The notes: a model not told the origin generated them from the sequence alone. Numbered from the stretch's first letter, positions 44,942 to 55,787 are shown. The stretch: DNA of 64,000 nucleotides from an uncultured virus (IMG/VR IMGVR_UViG_3300047409_000475) (IMGVR_UViG_3300047409_000475); one strand, 5' to 3'. Program-made: numbers and translations.

Positions 44942-45777
44942 TGGAACGAACTGCGCTCAGACTGGCAACGGTCGCAACGCTGATCAATGGCGGGCATGGT
45001 CCGCCTTGGCCGACGGTGGCGGGCGAGTTCGTCTACGACAGCATGATCGACAGCGTCGTCGATGTGGTGCCGTCGAAGCGCCGTCCGGTCATCATCATTC
45101 GCGTCGATGACGACAACCTCGCCTTCAACCGCTTCCAGATCATCGGGCGGCAAGCCCGCCTGCTGATCGAGTTCGGTGTGCTCTCTGCCGCTACCACGCT
45201 GATCAACGGCAAGGAGGAGCCGCGCATCGACTGGCCAAGGACCGACAGTTCGCTGGAAGCTTTCCTCGACCTGTTGGAGTGGCAGATATGGGCGGCGCTG
45301 CGTGGCCACGGCTACTGGGCGAGCCTGTATCAGGACCGCTGGCACTACGGCCAATTCAGCGGCTACTCGTCGGTGCCACGCTTCTCGGCACCGGAGCGCG
45401 GCGCAGTCCGCCTCGCGGTTCGCACGCTGTCGATCCTCGTCAACCTGCCGCCCGAGTGCCCGCCAAGCCCGGTGAAGGAGTTTGCACATCCGGTGCCCGA
45501 CGTGCTGCCCGAAGGCTGGGTGCGCGTCGTCAACGACCTGCTCTGCACCGCGACCGGCGACTTCAAGAAGAGCATCGAGCAGTTGGCCGCGATCATCGAG
45601 GCGCACGGCTACCTGCCGCGTCCGACCTACCCTCCGCTGCAACGCGTCTGGGCTTCCATCCCGAGCCTTGAGATCGAGGCGATGTGGCCCATCGAGCAGG
45701 AGGCTCCGTTCGTTGAGACTGCGAACGTTATGGTTCCCCCGGAGACGGGCACACCGGCCATCGACCATGCCGGGTGA
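44941..45777 (+). CDS. Tail completion/terminator-like protein
   Basis: Position before sheath; VYDS, LEAFLDLLEWQI. Confidence 0.6.
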   Translation: MERTALRLATVATLINGGHGPPWPTVAGEFVYDSMIDSVVDVVPSKRRPVIIIRVDDDNLAFNRFQIIGRQARLLIEFGVLSAATTLINGKEEPRIDWPRTDSSLEAFLDLLEWQIWAALRGHGYWASLYQDRWHYGQFSGYSSVPRFSAPERGAVRLAVRTLSILVNLPPECPPSPVKEFAHPVPDVLPEGWVRVVNDLLCTATGDFKKSIEQLAAIIEAHGYLPRPTYPPLQRVWASIPSLEIEAMWPIEQEAPFVETANVMVPPETGTPAIDHAG

Positions 45778-46147
45778 GGTCGATCCCAACTCTGACCCGC
45801 CGACTGACGCACTGACGGCGGGCATCCCCGGCGGCCTGCCGATGGCGGCACTGGGTGAGATGGCAGCGGCACGCCGCGCCGTGGCGATGCGTGCTGCACC
45901 GAAGAGCGAGCCCGCGCCGACCAGCATGTGGGTCAAGCCCGCCGAGGGGCGCACGATCCTCGACATCGACGGCCTCCCCTACCCGGTCGCGGGGATGGCG
46001 GTGCCACGCGACGACACCTACGCCCACCGCCGCCTGCGCGACGGCTCGCTGCTGTTGGGTGAGCCGGTGCCCGACTGGATGTTGATGGCGGCACAGGAGA
46101 GCGGCGCAGACATCTGCGTCGTCACGGCGACCGTCGCCACCGAGTGA
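45767..46147 (+). CDS. DUF2635/Mu gp38-like protein
   Basis: MWVKPAEGRTI...YAHRRLRDGSL. Confidence 0.7.
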   Translation: MPGEVDPNSDPPTDALTAGIPGGLPMAALGEMAAARRAVAMRAAPKSEPAPTSMWVKPAEGRTILDIDGLPYPVAGMAVPRDDTYAHRRLRDGSLLLGEPVPDWMLMAAQESGADICVVTATVATE

Positions 46148-46166
46148 ACTTCGAAAGGGACAACCA

Positions 46167-46556
46167 ATGCCGAAGAGCATCGCAGATCAGGAATTTGAGG
46201 CCACGCAGAAGGTTCTCGACCGCAACGATGAGCGGATCAGGGACGAGGAGGCGCTCGGCCTGCGCCCCCGCAAGCCGCCGCGCAAGATGATCTGGGTGAC
46301 GCCTGCACCGCACATGAAGCGGGTGATGGCCTCTGACATGTCGGAGATCACCGGGCCCGTTGAGGTGGGAGCCGACGACTTGTGGATCAACGGGCGCATC
46401 CGCGACGGCGATCTGGTGGTCATGGACATGTCGCAGACCGGGCCGGACCCCGAGCCGCTGCCCGAGCAGGATGACGTGCAGGAGCAGCCAGAGCCCGAGC
46501 CGCAGCCAGAGCCCGAGCCACAACCAGAGCCCGAGCCAAACCAGATCGCGCGCTAA
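46167..46556 (+). CDS. Second DUF2635-like protein with EP/QP tail
   Basis: IWVTPAP...WINGRIRDGDL. Confidence 0.65.
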   Translation: MPKSIADQEFEATQKVLDRNDERIRDEEALGLRPRKPPRKMIWVTPAPHMKRVMASDMSEITGPVEVGADDLWINGRIRDGDLVVMDMSQTGPDPEPLPEQDDVQEQPEPEPQPEPEPQPEPEPNQIAR

Positions 46557-46589
46557 GCGCCAACCCTAAGCTTCTGAAAGGAGCTCTCC

Positions 46590-48176
46590 ATGCCAGTCGC
46601 CTTTGGACAAATCCCTCCTGATGTCCTGCTGCCGCTGTTCTACGCAGAGGTCACCAGCGCCGCCGAGCCGTGGTCGCCCGCACTCAAGATGTGCCTCGTC
46701 GGCTCAGCCAATCAGGGCGCTGGCTACGGTGAAGGCAGCGCTGTCCCCAACCAACCCTACCTGCTGTCGGGCACGCTCGCGAAAGAACTGTTCGGGCGCG
46801 GCTCGATGCTGGCGCGCATGTATGACTTCGCTCGCTCCAACGCGCCGTTCGCGGAAATCTGGGGCTGTGCCATTCCCTCGACGCTCGATGACCCGGACCC
46901 GCTCAACAATGCATTTCGCGCTACCGCCAAGGTGCGCGTGGTCCGGGGCGGCAGCGCCAACTTCTTTGGCACCGGCACCTTCCACATCGAAGGCATCCCG
47001 ATCCACTTCAGTGTGCAGAAGACTTGGTCCGCGCAGACCGTTGCGCTGGCAGTCCGCAACGCGGTCAACGCCCGCCAGACCGGCATGCTCGCGACCATCG
47101 ATCCGAAGGACACCAGCCACCAGACGGTGCTGCTGACGGCGCGCTATCCGGGCATCGTCGGCAACTGGCTGCGGGTCAGCTACGTCGGCTGCTTCGGGCG
47201 CGCCGACCTCAGCGCCAAGAACATCATCATCGCCCGCAACTGCCTGCAGATCACCAAGCAGGCGAGCGACGGCTCGGGTGAGCACTACCCGTCAGCCTGC
47301 TTCTCAGTGATACAGGACCGGCCCTTCGACGTGTTCGTCATGGGCATGCAGACCGCCCACTTCCTCGCGGCCTGCGAGGACTTCATGGACCACGCAGCGG
47401 GCCGCTGGGCACCTAACCGGCAACTCTACGGCCACTGCTTCACCGGCCTCAACAACTCCTCTTGGCAGGCGACCTACGACTACCTGTCGGTGCAGCAAGA
47501 CCCGCACATGTCGATCATCACGGTCAAGAACACGGTGATCCCGTATTGGCTGTGGGCGTCGGCGCTGGCTGGCCTCGCCACCACGCACTGGGCGGCACCT
47601 CCCGAGTTGTCACGCCCGCTGCAGACGCTCGAGCTCCGCAATTGCTGCGCGGGCAGCGACGACGACGAGAGCTTCACGCGCGTCGAGAAGCAGACGCTGC
47701 TCAACCAAGGTGGCTCGACGATCACGGTGGACGACAACCACACCTGTCGCATCGACCGTGTGCGGACGCTGCGCAAATACAACGTCTTCGGTGACCCGGA
47801 CCCCTCTTGGGCCGACGCGATCACCATGTTCCAAGCGCAGTATTTCGTCCGCCAGATGCGGGCGCGCATCACAGGTGCCTACCCGCGCGCGGCGCTCTCT
47901 TCGCTGCCGAAGGGGATCAACGGCTTCACCAGCCCCATCGAAATCCGCAACCTCATCATCCACGAATACAAGCGCATGGCGTCGATGGGCTTGGTGGAGA
48001 ACGCCGACCTGTTCACCCGCTATCTGGTCTGCGAGCGCAACCCGACCGACCGCAACAGGGTGGACGCGCTGATGCGGCCTGACTTCGTCAACCAGTTGAG
48101 GGTTGTGGCTGCGCTGGTCGAGACGCACCTTGAGCTTGATGCAACCGACCCAACATTGATGCAGCAAGCTGCTTGA
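46590..48176 (+). CDS. Mu-like tail sheath protein
   Basis: PLFYAE, FGRGSMLARM, RPLQTL, ERN..DRNRVD...DFVNQLRV. Confidence 0.93.
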   Translation: MPVAFGQIPPDVLLPLFYAEVTSAAEPWSPALKMCLVGSANQGAGYGEGSAVPNQPYLLSGTLAKELFGRGSMLARMYDFARSNAPFAEIWGCAIPSTLDDPDPLNNAFRATAKVRVVRGGSANFFGTGTFHIEGIPIHFSVQKTWSAQTVALAVRNAVNARQTGMLATIDPKDTSHQTVLLTARYPGIVGNWLRVSYVGCFGRADLSAKNIIIARNCLQITKQASDGSGEHYPSACFSVIQDRPFDVFVMGMQTAHFLAACEDFMDHAAGRWAPNRQLYGHCFTGLNNSSWQATYDYLSVQQDPHMSIITVKNTVIPYWLWASALAGLATTHWAAPPELSRPLQTLELRNCCAGSDDDESFTRVEKQTLLNQGGSTITVDDNHTCRIDRVRTLRKYNVFGDPDPSWADAITMFQAQYFVRQMRARITGAYPRAALSSLPKGINGFTSPIEIRNLIIHEYKRMASMGLVENADLFTRYLVCERNPTDRNRVDALMRPDFVNQLRVVAALVETHLELDATDPTLMQQAA

Positions 48177-48205
48177 TCTGACATCCGAGAAAGGGGTCTA
48201 TCCCA

Positions 48206-48703
48206 ATGGCAACTGATCTTTCAGCTTGTTGTTCTGAAATCATTGGCGGTGAAGTTTACATCATCGCCAACTTCGACAACACCAGTGAGTATTACGAGGC
48301 GCTGGGTGACGTGCGTATCCAGCCAGCGCGCATCGAACGCACGGCGGGCGCTTCGTCCGCCGGGCGCGTCTGGGTCACCGAGGCGTCGCGGCCCATTCGC
48401 GTCGTCATGTCGTTCATCAACCGCTGCGACCAGAACCCCATCCGGCTCTACTGCTCGCGCTGTCTGGTGGACATCGTGGTGGTGGAGAAGAGCCGGGGCT
48501 TCACCCACAGCCTGACGCAATGCCTCGTGGTGGGCGCACCCGAGGTCAACCTCAGCACAGGTGAGATCAGCGGCATCGAACTGGTGACCGACGATTACAC
48601 GGCGCAGCAGACCACCGAGGTGCTCGGCCGCTTCTGCCCGCAATACGACGACGTATCGACGCCCGATCCGGGTCCGCTTGGGCGAGGTGGTCCAACCGCC
48701 TGA
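48206..48703 (+). CDS. Tail tube protein
   Basis: Follows sheath; IGG..., GAPEVNLSTGEI. Confidence 0.75.
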   Translation: MATDLSACCSEIIGGEVYIIANFDNTSEYYEALGDVRIQPARIERTAGASSAGRVWVTEASRPIRVVMSFINRCDQNPIRLYCSRCLVDIVVVEKSRGFTHSLTQCLVVGAPEVNLSTGEISGIELVTDDYTAQQTTEVLGRFCPQYDDVSTPDPGPLGRGGPTA

Positions 48704-48727
48704 TGCTTTAACCAAAAGGGGTGTTCA

Positions 48728-49246
48728 ATGAGTGAAGCTTTCTCACAGGCTCCCGAGCCTGATACCAGCCGTGTGCCAAGGCGCGACGGGCAGAGCCAAG
48801 CGCCAGTCGTCAATGCTCGGCCTCCCGAGCGCAATCAAGCCATGCAGCGGGCGATGGAGGCGCAGCTAAACAAGCCGCCACCCGAGCCCGAGCGTCCGCC
48901 TGATCCCGAGGTGACGCTGGCTGCGCCGCTCGACGCGCTGCCCAAGTGGGAAGCTGAGCGCGTGTTCAAGCTTGCCACTCCGGTGCAGGCCACGGGTGGC
49001 GGCAACATCACCGAGATCAAGCTGCGCGCGCCTGCGGGCCTTGATGTGTTCGAGGTGGGCGGCATGCCGACCAAGACGCAATGGACGGCGGGTGGCATGT
49101 CGGTTGACATGGACGTTGATCGCTTCAGGAAATGGATCATGCGCCTCGCCAGCGTCGATATGCACACCATCAACCGCATCCCGGCGCGCGATCTGCGTGC
49201 CATGTTCGAATGGCTGAACACGGAGCTCAATCAAGCGGGAAATTGA
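48728..49246 (+). CDS. Tail assembly chaperone (G-like)
   Basis: Between tube and tape measure; ITEIKLRAP; ends in G_GGA_AAT. Confidence 0.8.
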   Translation: MSEAFSQAPEPDTSRVPRRDGQSQAPVVNARPPERNQAMQRAMEAQLNKPPPEPERPPDPEVTLAAPLDALPKWEAERVFKLATPVQATGGGNITEIKLRAPAGLDVFEVGGMPTKTQWTAGGMSVDMDVDRFRKWIMRLASVDMHTINRIPARDLRAMFEWLNTELNQAGN

Positions 49247-49443
49247 CCATGGTCATCGCGGGCCTCGTGTTTGAGGCAGGCGTCTGCCGCGATGATCCAC
49301 ACCGCCTCCTGACCTACCCCATCCGCCAAATATTGTTTTGGTATGACCTCTGCGTCGCGTGGCGCAAAGAGATGTCCAAGGCGAGTAAGCGGCAGGAGCA
49401 AACTCAACAGCGGGCGCAAGCCGTGACGAGGCCCATGCGATGA
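49243..49443 (+). CDS. Tail assembly chaperone -1 frameshift extension (T-like)
   Basis: -1 frame after the slippery site: KLTMVIAGLVFEAG...ILFWY. Confidence 0.7.
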   Translation: MTMVIAGLVFEAGVCRDDPHRLLTYPIRQILFWYDLCVAWRKEMSKASKRQEQTQQRAQAVTRPMR

Positions 49444-52400
49444 ACGCGGCCTTTTCAGCCAGCACAGCCTCCACCATTGAAGGCCGCATAATCCTCACCG
49501 CCGAGAACCGGACGGGGCAAGGGTTTGCGGAAGCTTTGCGCGATCTGCAGCGCTACACGACGCAAGCCAACAAGATGCAGACGGAGTTCGTGCGCAGCCA
49601 GCGGCTACAGCACCGCATGCACGAAGAGGGTCAGCGCGACATCGCGAAGACTACATCGCTGGCGGCCAACATGTTCAGCAGCTTCGCCAGTGGCGCAGCG
49701 GCTGCCGCCACGGCCGTTGCTTACTCAATGTCCAATTTGGCTGCCGGTTACCGCGAAGACGCCAAGAACATGGCGGTCTGGCAGATGCGGTTGGCCGACA
49801 CCACCAAGCTTTCGTCCAAAGCGCTGAACACACTGGCGACAAACTTGGCGACACAGAACTTCCTGCCGAGCGTCTGGGATGCCCGCAGGTGGATGCCGAT
49901 GACCACGGCTGGCGCGGGCGACAACCAAGCACTCATCGCCAAGCGCACGCAGGCGATGATCGATCTGCAAGCCAAGTATGGCGACGATGCCAACATCGAA
50001 GGCTCGCTGCGCGCCGCTCGCACGCAGCGTGGGCCGATGGCGTTGTTGAAAACGCTCGGCATCATCGATCCGGGCCGCTGGCCTAACTACGGCGACTATG
50101 AAGCCGAGCGTAAGCAGATGGAGTATGACTTCAAGCAAAGCCCCGAGCAGGCCTACAACGCGGCGCTGGACAAGTTCGTCGAGATCGCGACGCGCAACGC
50201 GACGGGGGCATCCACGACAGCCTACGCAGCATCGAAAGGCGAGAACGCGATGCAGCGCTTGGACGAGGACCGGCGCGAGCGTGAAGGCAAACAGATCAAC
50301 GAAGCGCTCGAAGGAGCCAAAGATTACATCAACCAATTCGGTGAAGGCTTCAAGAAATGGTATGATCAACTCTCCGAGCCCATGCAGGAGATTGTTGTCG
50401 GCATGGGGGAGGTAGGCAAGTTTTTTGCTGCCATTGGTATTTACAAGATCGGCAGTAAGCTGTGGCAGAGCTTTACGGGTGCGGCCAGAACAGCGGCGGC
50501 GCTGGAAGCTCTGGCGTCGGGGCCAGCGGCAGAGGTGGCGGGCGCGGCGGCTAAACCAGCGTCGAGGCTCATTCCAAAAGCTGCGCCGGGACTGTTGAAG
50601 CGCTTCGGCAGGTTCGCCGGACGCTGGGTGCCTCCTGCGCTGATGGCGTGGGACTTAGGCAGCATACTGTTCTCCGACAATCCTGCCGCCGCCGCCCTTG
50701 GCGGTGCCGAAGGCCCACTCGGTTGGTTGGAAGACCAAGGCCGAGCTCAGGACCGCCTCGATGAGGGACGTGGCGCAGATCGCCTGTCGGCATGGGACAT
50801 TCACGCCGCCAAGCGTCGGCACGAGCAACTGATGCGTTCTCGCGCGGGGACTGGCTACTACGAAGACCCGCGCGGCAGCCGCTCGATGGGCACCGGCACC
50901 TATTGGCGTGGCGACCGAAGCTACGATCCGACTACCAACACCGGCATCCCGCGCAGCAAGTGGCAGTATGGCGAGCAGAGCGGCGTCAGCATCGGCTCGC
51001 ACGACGACATGATGACCGCCGGGACGGGCGGCGACGCACCGGGGCCCACTCCCTACAATTCCAACCTCTCCTACTTCGCCGCCAGCGTCAGCAACGCGGC
51101 GAAGGCCGCGCGTGAGTTCAACAGCGCGCTGACGCTGGCCACCATATCGCTGTATGGGCTGCGCGGTCGTCGCGGTGGTCGCGGTGGTGGACGTGGCGGT
51201 GGCACGGCGGGCGTCGGTGCACCGGGTGGAGCTCCAAGCTTCGCGGGCGGTGCCGTCGGCATGGGTGGCGGCATCAACACGGGTGGCGGCACCGGCTTCG
51301 GTCAATACGGCGCGCCCGGCTCCGAGTTCAGGGGCGGTGGCGGCAGCATCGGCGGCGGCGGCGCTGCGGTGACCCCCGGCCAAGAGGGCGTGCTGCTCGA
51401 TGCCATCGCGCGCGCCGAGGGCACTTACGACAGCGGCTACGACAGCGTGCTCGGCTACGGCAAGTTCGGCACACCGCCAAAGCCGCTGACGCAGATGACG
51501 CTGGATGAGGTGTATGACTGGGGCCAGAACGTGCTGCGCCCCAACAGCGGCATGAACAGTTCGGCGGTGGGCCGCTACCAGTTCGTCGGCGGCACCATGA
51601 TGGATCGGGCGCGCGAACTGGGCCTCAGCGGCAACACAGTGTTCTCACCGAAGGTGCAGGACATGCTGGCGGTGCGCAACGCCGAGGTGCAGGGGCTGGG
51701 CGCGTGGGAGGGCTTCAAGCGCAACGCGCAGCAACTGGGCATCGCGCGCGGCGCGATGGGTGGCGGCAGCGCCGTCACCATGCCCGCCAGCGGCAGCCTT
51801 GGCACCTACACGGGACCGGCCCCGATGGGCGGCTTCGTCAGCGAGCAGCAGTCACGCCTCGCGAGCATCCGCCGCCGGGCGCTCGATCCGACCCTGCGCA
51901 ACGTGCTGGAGATGGCGGGGCAGGAGACAGGCATCCGCGCCGAGGTGTTCTCGGGCGGTCAAGCGGGTAAGGGCGAGGGTGGGCGGCGCACCGGCTCGAC
52001 GCGCCACGACCATGGGCTGGCCGCCGACATCAAGATGTATGACGCGGTCACCGGCCGCTTGCTCGACATGCGCCACCCGGACGACGCGCGGCGCATGGAG
52101 CAGTATGGCGCGGTCGCTGTGCAACACGGTGCGACCGGCATTGGGGCGGGTGAACACTACATGGGCCCCAACGCCATGCACGTCGGCTTCGGCAAGTCGG
52201 CGACGTGGGGCGGCGCACCGTGGATCGCGCGCGCGGCGGCAACCGGCCGGGCCAACCGTGGTAAAAGGCCCATTGCCGGGGCAGGAGCGCCCGGTGGAGC
52301 GCCCAGCGTTGCCGCCACGGGCCCAACAGGCCAACTGAGCGGCGCGCCTCCCTTCGCCACCGGCAAGGCCATCAAGCCGCCGCTGCTGGAGGACCGCTTC

Positions 52401-52934
52401 ACCCGCGAACGCCGCGCAAGCAAGCTGTTGGAAGACCGTGCGACGCGTGAGCGTCCTGCGGCGCTGCTGGAAGACCGTGCGACGCGTGAGCGCGCGTCAT
52501 TCGAGGGCAACGTGCCGCGCCCGCGCCCGGAAGTGGCGATGGCGATGATGCAGGCGTCGGGTGCGGGCAACGCCGTGGTCAGCAACGCCGATGTCAATTC
52601 GGCAGCGGGTCGTGGCGGCATCATCAGTCGCGGCGGCCTGATGCCGGGGTTCAACAACGGCGGTGGCGGCAGTGGTCGCAATCCGCTTTCAGGGCTGATC
52701 GGCGGCATGGGTGGCGGTGGCCGCAACCCGCTTGAAGGGCTGATGGGCGGCAATTCGCTGCAACTCGGGCGCGGCGCAGTGGACATCACCGTCAAGCTGG
52801 CGAAGCAATTGCAGGCGGCGGTGCCGAGCGTGCTGCCTGCCAGTCACTTCGATCTCGGCGTCGATATTGACCGCACGGGTAGTGCCTTCTCACGCCCCGG
52901 CGATCCGGCATTCCCTCCAGCCCTTAGTCGGTGA
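49440..52934 (+). CDS. Tape measure protein with lysozyme-like and M15-like peptidase domains
   Basis: Ala-rich helical N-half; IARAEG...SSAVGRYQF; GSTRHDHGLAADI...MHVG. Confidence 0.85.
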   Translation: MNAAFSASTASTIEGRIILTAENRTGQGFAEALRDLQRYTTQANKMQTEFVRSQRLQHRMHEEGQRDIAKTTSLAANMFSSFASGAAAAATAVAYSMSNLAAGYREDAKNMAVWQMRLADTTKLSSKALNTLATNLATQNFLPSVWDARRWMPMTTAGAGDNQALIAKRTQAMIDLQAKYGDDANIEGSLRAARTQRGPMALLKTLGIIDPGRWPNYGDYEAERKQMEYDFKQSPEQAYNAALDKFVEIATRNATGASTTAYAASKGENAMQRLDEDRREREGKQINEALEGAKDYINQFGEGFKKWYDQLSEPMQEIVVGMGEVGKFFAAIGIYKIGSKLWQSFTGAARTAAALEALASGPAAEVAGAAAKPASRLIPKAAPGLLKRFGRFAGRWVPPALMAWDLGSILFSDNPAAAALGGAEGPLGWLEDQGRAQDRLDEGRGADRLSAWDIHAAKRRHEQLMRSRAGTGYYEDPRGSRSMGTGTYWRGDRSYDPTTNTGIPRSKWQYGEQSGVSIGSHDDMMTAGTGGDAPGPTPYNSNLSYFAASVSNAAKAAREFNSALTLATISLYGLRGRRGGRGGGRGGGTAGVGAPGGAPSFAGGAVGMGGGINTGGGTGFGQYGAPGSEFRGGGGSIGGGGAAVTPGQEGVLLDAIARAEGTYDSGYDSVLGYGKFGTPPKPLTQMTLDEVYDWGQNVLRPNSGMNSSAVGRYQFVGGTMMDRARELGLSGNTVFSPKVQDMLAVRNAEVQGLGAWEGFKRNAQQLGIARGAMGGGSAVTMPASGSLGTYTGPAPMGGFVSEQQSRLASIRRRALDPTLRNVLEMAGQETGIRAEVFSGGQAGKGEGGRRTGSTRHDHGLAADIKMYDAVTGRLLDMRHPDDARRMEQYGAVAVQHGATGIGAGEHYMGPNAMHVGFGKSATWGGAPWIARAAATGRANRGKRPIAGAGAPGGAPSVAATGPTGQLSGAPPFATGKAIKPPLLEDRFTRERRASKLLEDRATRERPAALLEDRATRERASFEGNVPRPRPEVAMAMMQASGAGNAVVSNADVNSAAGRGGIISRGGLMPGFNNGGGGSGRNPLSGLIGGMGGGGRNPLEGLMGGNSLQLGRGAVDITVKLAKQLQAAVPSVLPASHFDLGVDIDRTGSAFSRPGDPAFPPALSR

Positions 52935-52943
52935 GCGAGCTCC

Positions 52944-54566
52944 ATGGGCACTGAACTCAGCACCAAGCCGGGATGGCAATTCCTCAACGAGGGCGGCGGC
53001 GTCGGACAGCGCCACCCGTTCGAGGTGCTCGCGCCAATGGGCGGCATGTCCTGCAACTCGGTTGGCGCGGTAGGTAGTTGGGATGTCAGTAATGCGGGCG
53101 ATCCATGGAACGCCAAGGTGGGCTGCGTGCCGTGGCAGACGTCGCAGTGGCCAGCCTCGTTCAAGGACGTTCCGTTTGCGGTCGAGACTGACAGCCGCTC
53201 TGGTGGGCGACGCATACACGTGCATGAATACCCGAGTAAAGAGTGGTGGGACAATGAAGACTTGGGAAGATTGCGCCAACAGATACAAGTAGAGGGTTAT
53301 GTCTTTGGTGACGAGAGTGACCACTGGGCCGAGTTATTGTTCGCAGCGTGCACCGATCCACTGAAAACTACCAACGTTACCGGCGCTGGTCTGCTCTACT
53401 TACCCATGCGCGTGCCGCTGTGGGCCGTGTGCCAGACAGTGGAAAGCACCTTCAATGCTGACCGCATGGGGCGCATTGACTTCAGTATGTCGTTCTCGGT
53501 TGAGCCGCGCGGCTACGAAAACAACAAGGGCCTCGCCCCAAGGTCCACGACGAAGCCGAATGCCGTGCAGTTGGCCTACGCTGTGCACCGTGCCGCTGGC
53601 GATGTCGTCAGTAGCGCGCTGCGGCGCTTCGATGAGGTGTTCACCGGCACGCAGCCATCGGTCGCGCGCACCACTGCCGCCTACTACATCAACGGTATCG
53701 GGCAGAACCTGCTCAAGGCGGCAGCGGCGGTGCGCCTCGATCAGCGCTCTGGCGCGATTGTGAAGTTCATCGCGCAGCGCTTCATCGACAATGCCTCTGC
53801 CTACGCCGACGTGCAGCGCACGGCAGTGAACACGCTCAACCGCAAGGCCGCCGTGCTGTCGCAGCGCGCATCCGGCTTGTCGATCTATGAGGAGGCGATG
53901 CGTGGTGTCGCCGTGCGCGCCTCGACCGGTGAGGTGCTGCCTGCTACCGGCAAGATGGGCGAGGGCTTCGGCGGCATGCTGGCGAACGGCTTCGCCGCCC
54001 TGCAGGGTGGGCGTGACGCCAACAACGCCTCCGATCTTGCGATGGCGCTCATCCCGCTGACCAATCTCAAGCCACGTATCAAGCGCGCGCTCAGCGCCGC
54101 CCAGCTATCGACGGCGTCGGTGAGGGCTGAACTGGCGCTGGCCGAGACAGTATGCTCGCTGACGCGCCGCTTGGCACTCGCTTACTCGGTGCGCGCGGCC
54201 ATCGATGTCGCTCCCGCCAAGCAGCCGGATGCGTCGCTGACGCGCAAGCGTTTGCTTGAACAGATCGACGAAGAGGTGGCGCTGCTGCCGTCGCAAACGG
54301 ACTTGCAGGACCATCTGCGCAAGCTGCGCGGGACGGTGCCCAGCTTCGTCGCGCACTATTCGATGGGTGGCAATGGCTCGGTCAAGTTGCCGCCAAGCTG
54401 GGCGGGCAAGCCGCTCGCTGCCATCGCCGCCTCCGTCTATGGCAGGAACGCGGCAGGCAAAGACCTCGACCTGATGCGCTTCAACGGCATCAGCCATCCG
54501 ATGTTTGCGCCGACGCAGATGGTGGCGCTGGTCGAGCACGGCATGAGCTTGGTGACGGGGCTATAA
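52944..54566 (+). CDS. Mu N-like DNA circularisation protein
   Basis: ASFKDVPF.VE...GGRRIHVHEYP...EDLGR; HPMFAP. Confidence 0.9.
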   Translation: MGTELSTKPGWQFLNEGGGVGQRHPFEVLAPMGGMSCNSVGAVGSWDVSNAGDPWNAKVGCVPWQTSQWPASFKDVPFAVETDSRSGGRRIHVHEYPSKEWWDNEDLGRLRQQIQVEGYVFGDESDHWAELLFAACTDPLKTTNVTGAGLLYLPMRVPLWAVCQTVESTFNADRMGRIDFSMSFSVEPRGYENNKGLAPRSTTKPNAVQLAYAVHRAAGDVVSSALRRFDEVFTGTQPSVARTTAAYYINGIGQNLLKAAAAVRLDQRSGAIVKFIAQRFIDNASAYADVQRTAVNTLNRKAAVLSQRASGLSIYEEAMRGVAVRASTGEVLPATGKMGEGFGGMLANGFAALQGGRDANNASDLAMALIPLTNLKPRIKRALSAAQLSTASVRAELALAETVCSLTRRLALAYSVRAAIDVAPAKQPDASLTRKRLLEQIDEEVALLPSQTDLQDHLRKLRGTVPSFVAHYSMGGNGSVKLPPSWAGKPLAAIAASVYGRNAAGKDLDLMRFNGISHPMFAPTQMVALVEHGMSLVTGL

Positions 54567-54569
54567 GCG

Positions 54570-55775
54570 ATGCCCTTCGAGCATGTGACAGTGGTGGCCG
54601 ACGGCGGCGTCTATGAGGACTGGGAGACAGTCGTCATCGAGCAGGACGCGCAGACCAACATCATCAACATCATGCTCTCCACCACCGAGATCACGCCAGT
54701 TGGCGCGACCACGGTATCGGCCTTCGACAAGTGGAATTTCCCGCCGGGGACGATCATCGAGGTGTATGCCAATGGCGACTTCGTGGCGCGCGCCATCGTC
54801 TGGCAATACGCGCCCAGCGCCGACGCCGATCAGCACTCGATCACGATCACCGCCAAGAGTGCGCCCCATAGCATGAACGTCTCGTCCATCGTCTCCGACA
54901 GCGGTGGCTACTACGAAGACAAGACGATCTACGAGTTGGTGCAGGCGTGGGCGCAGCCGCTCGGCATTCAGGTGCGGAACGACAGCCTCGATAGCAGGGT
55001 GCCCTTCTGGCAGATACGGCAGGGCGCGTCGGTCTACGCCGAGAGCATGCGCGTCCTGAAGAACTACGGCCACCTCCTGCACGGCATGATGGACGGCGGC
55101 GTGTCGGTCAGCGCGGGCAAGGCCTTGGGCACGCAGGGCCCCATCGTGCAGGGTGAGAACATCCTCAAGATGTCGGCGCGCCTCACCGACGAGAGCGCCG
55201 ATGTCAGGATACATGGCCAGACCCCCTACGGCATCGACGTGAAGCAGAACATCCAGCCGCAGGCCATGGAGCAGTCCTTCCTCTCGCGCAACCGCACCAA
55301 GATCATCATGGAACCGGCGGTGGTTGACGAGCAGCGCGCCCAGACGCGCGCCCGCTGGGAGGCACGCCGCGCCTCTGCTACCGGCCTGCAATGCACTGTC
55401 ACGGTGCCCGGCTGGCACGCGCCTGCTGGCGAGAGCTACGTGCAGCGCAACATCCCGTTCGGGAGTGACGAGGGATCAGGTGGCGGCGGCCCGCTCTGGC
55501 AAATCCTCGCCGACGTTTACGTGCTGGCAGCATGGCTGAAGATCAATTGCACGCTGCGCTCCGCGCGCGTCGTGTTCAAGCAGTCGCTGGCCGAAGGCTC
55601 GGTCACCGAGCTCACGTTGGTCGATCCCGCCTCGATGGAGGCACCGGACATGGGCATCAGTGCTGCGGGTTCGACGCCATGCCAGAACGGCAGCATGTGG
55701 AAGCCGCGCTTCACCAGCATACTCGGCGGCTTCGTCGATCCCGGCTTCAAGACTGGTGGGGGCTTCCCCGGATAA
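54570..55775 (+). CDS. Mu gp44-like baseplate hub
   Basis: YEDWETV, QGENIL, RARWEARR, VPGW. Confidence 0.85.
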   Translation: MPFEHVTVVADGGVYEDWETVVIEQDAQTNIINIMLSTTEITPVGATTVSAFDKWNFPPGTIIEVYANGDFVARAIVWQYAPSADADQHSITITAKSAPHSMNVSSIVSDSGGYYEDKTIYELVQAWAQPLGIQVRNDSLDSRVPFWQIRQGASVYAESMRVLKNYGHLLHGMMDGGVSVSAGKALGTQGPIVQGENILKMSARLTDESADVRIHGQTPYGIDVKQNIQPQAMEQSFLSRNRTKIIMEPAVVDEQRAQTRARWEARRASATGLQCTVTVPGWHAPAGESYVQRNIPFGSDEGSGGGGPLWQILADVYVLAAWLKINCTLRSARVVFKQSLAEGSVTELTLVDPASMEAPDMGISAAGSTPCQNGSMWKPRFTSILGGFVDPGFKTGGGFPG

Positions 55776-55787
55776 GGAGGTGAGCTA

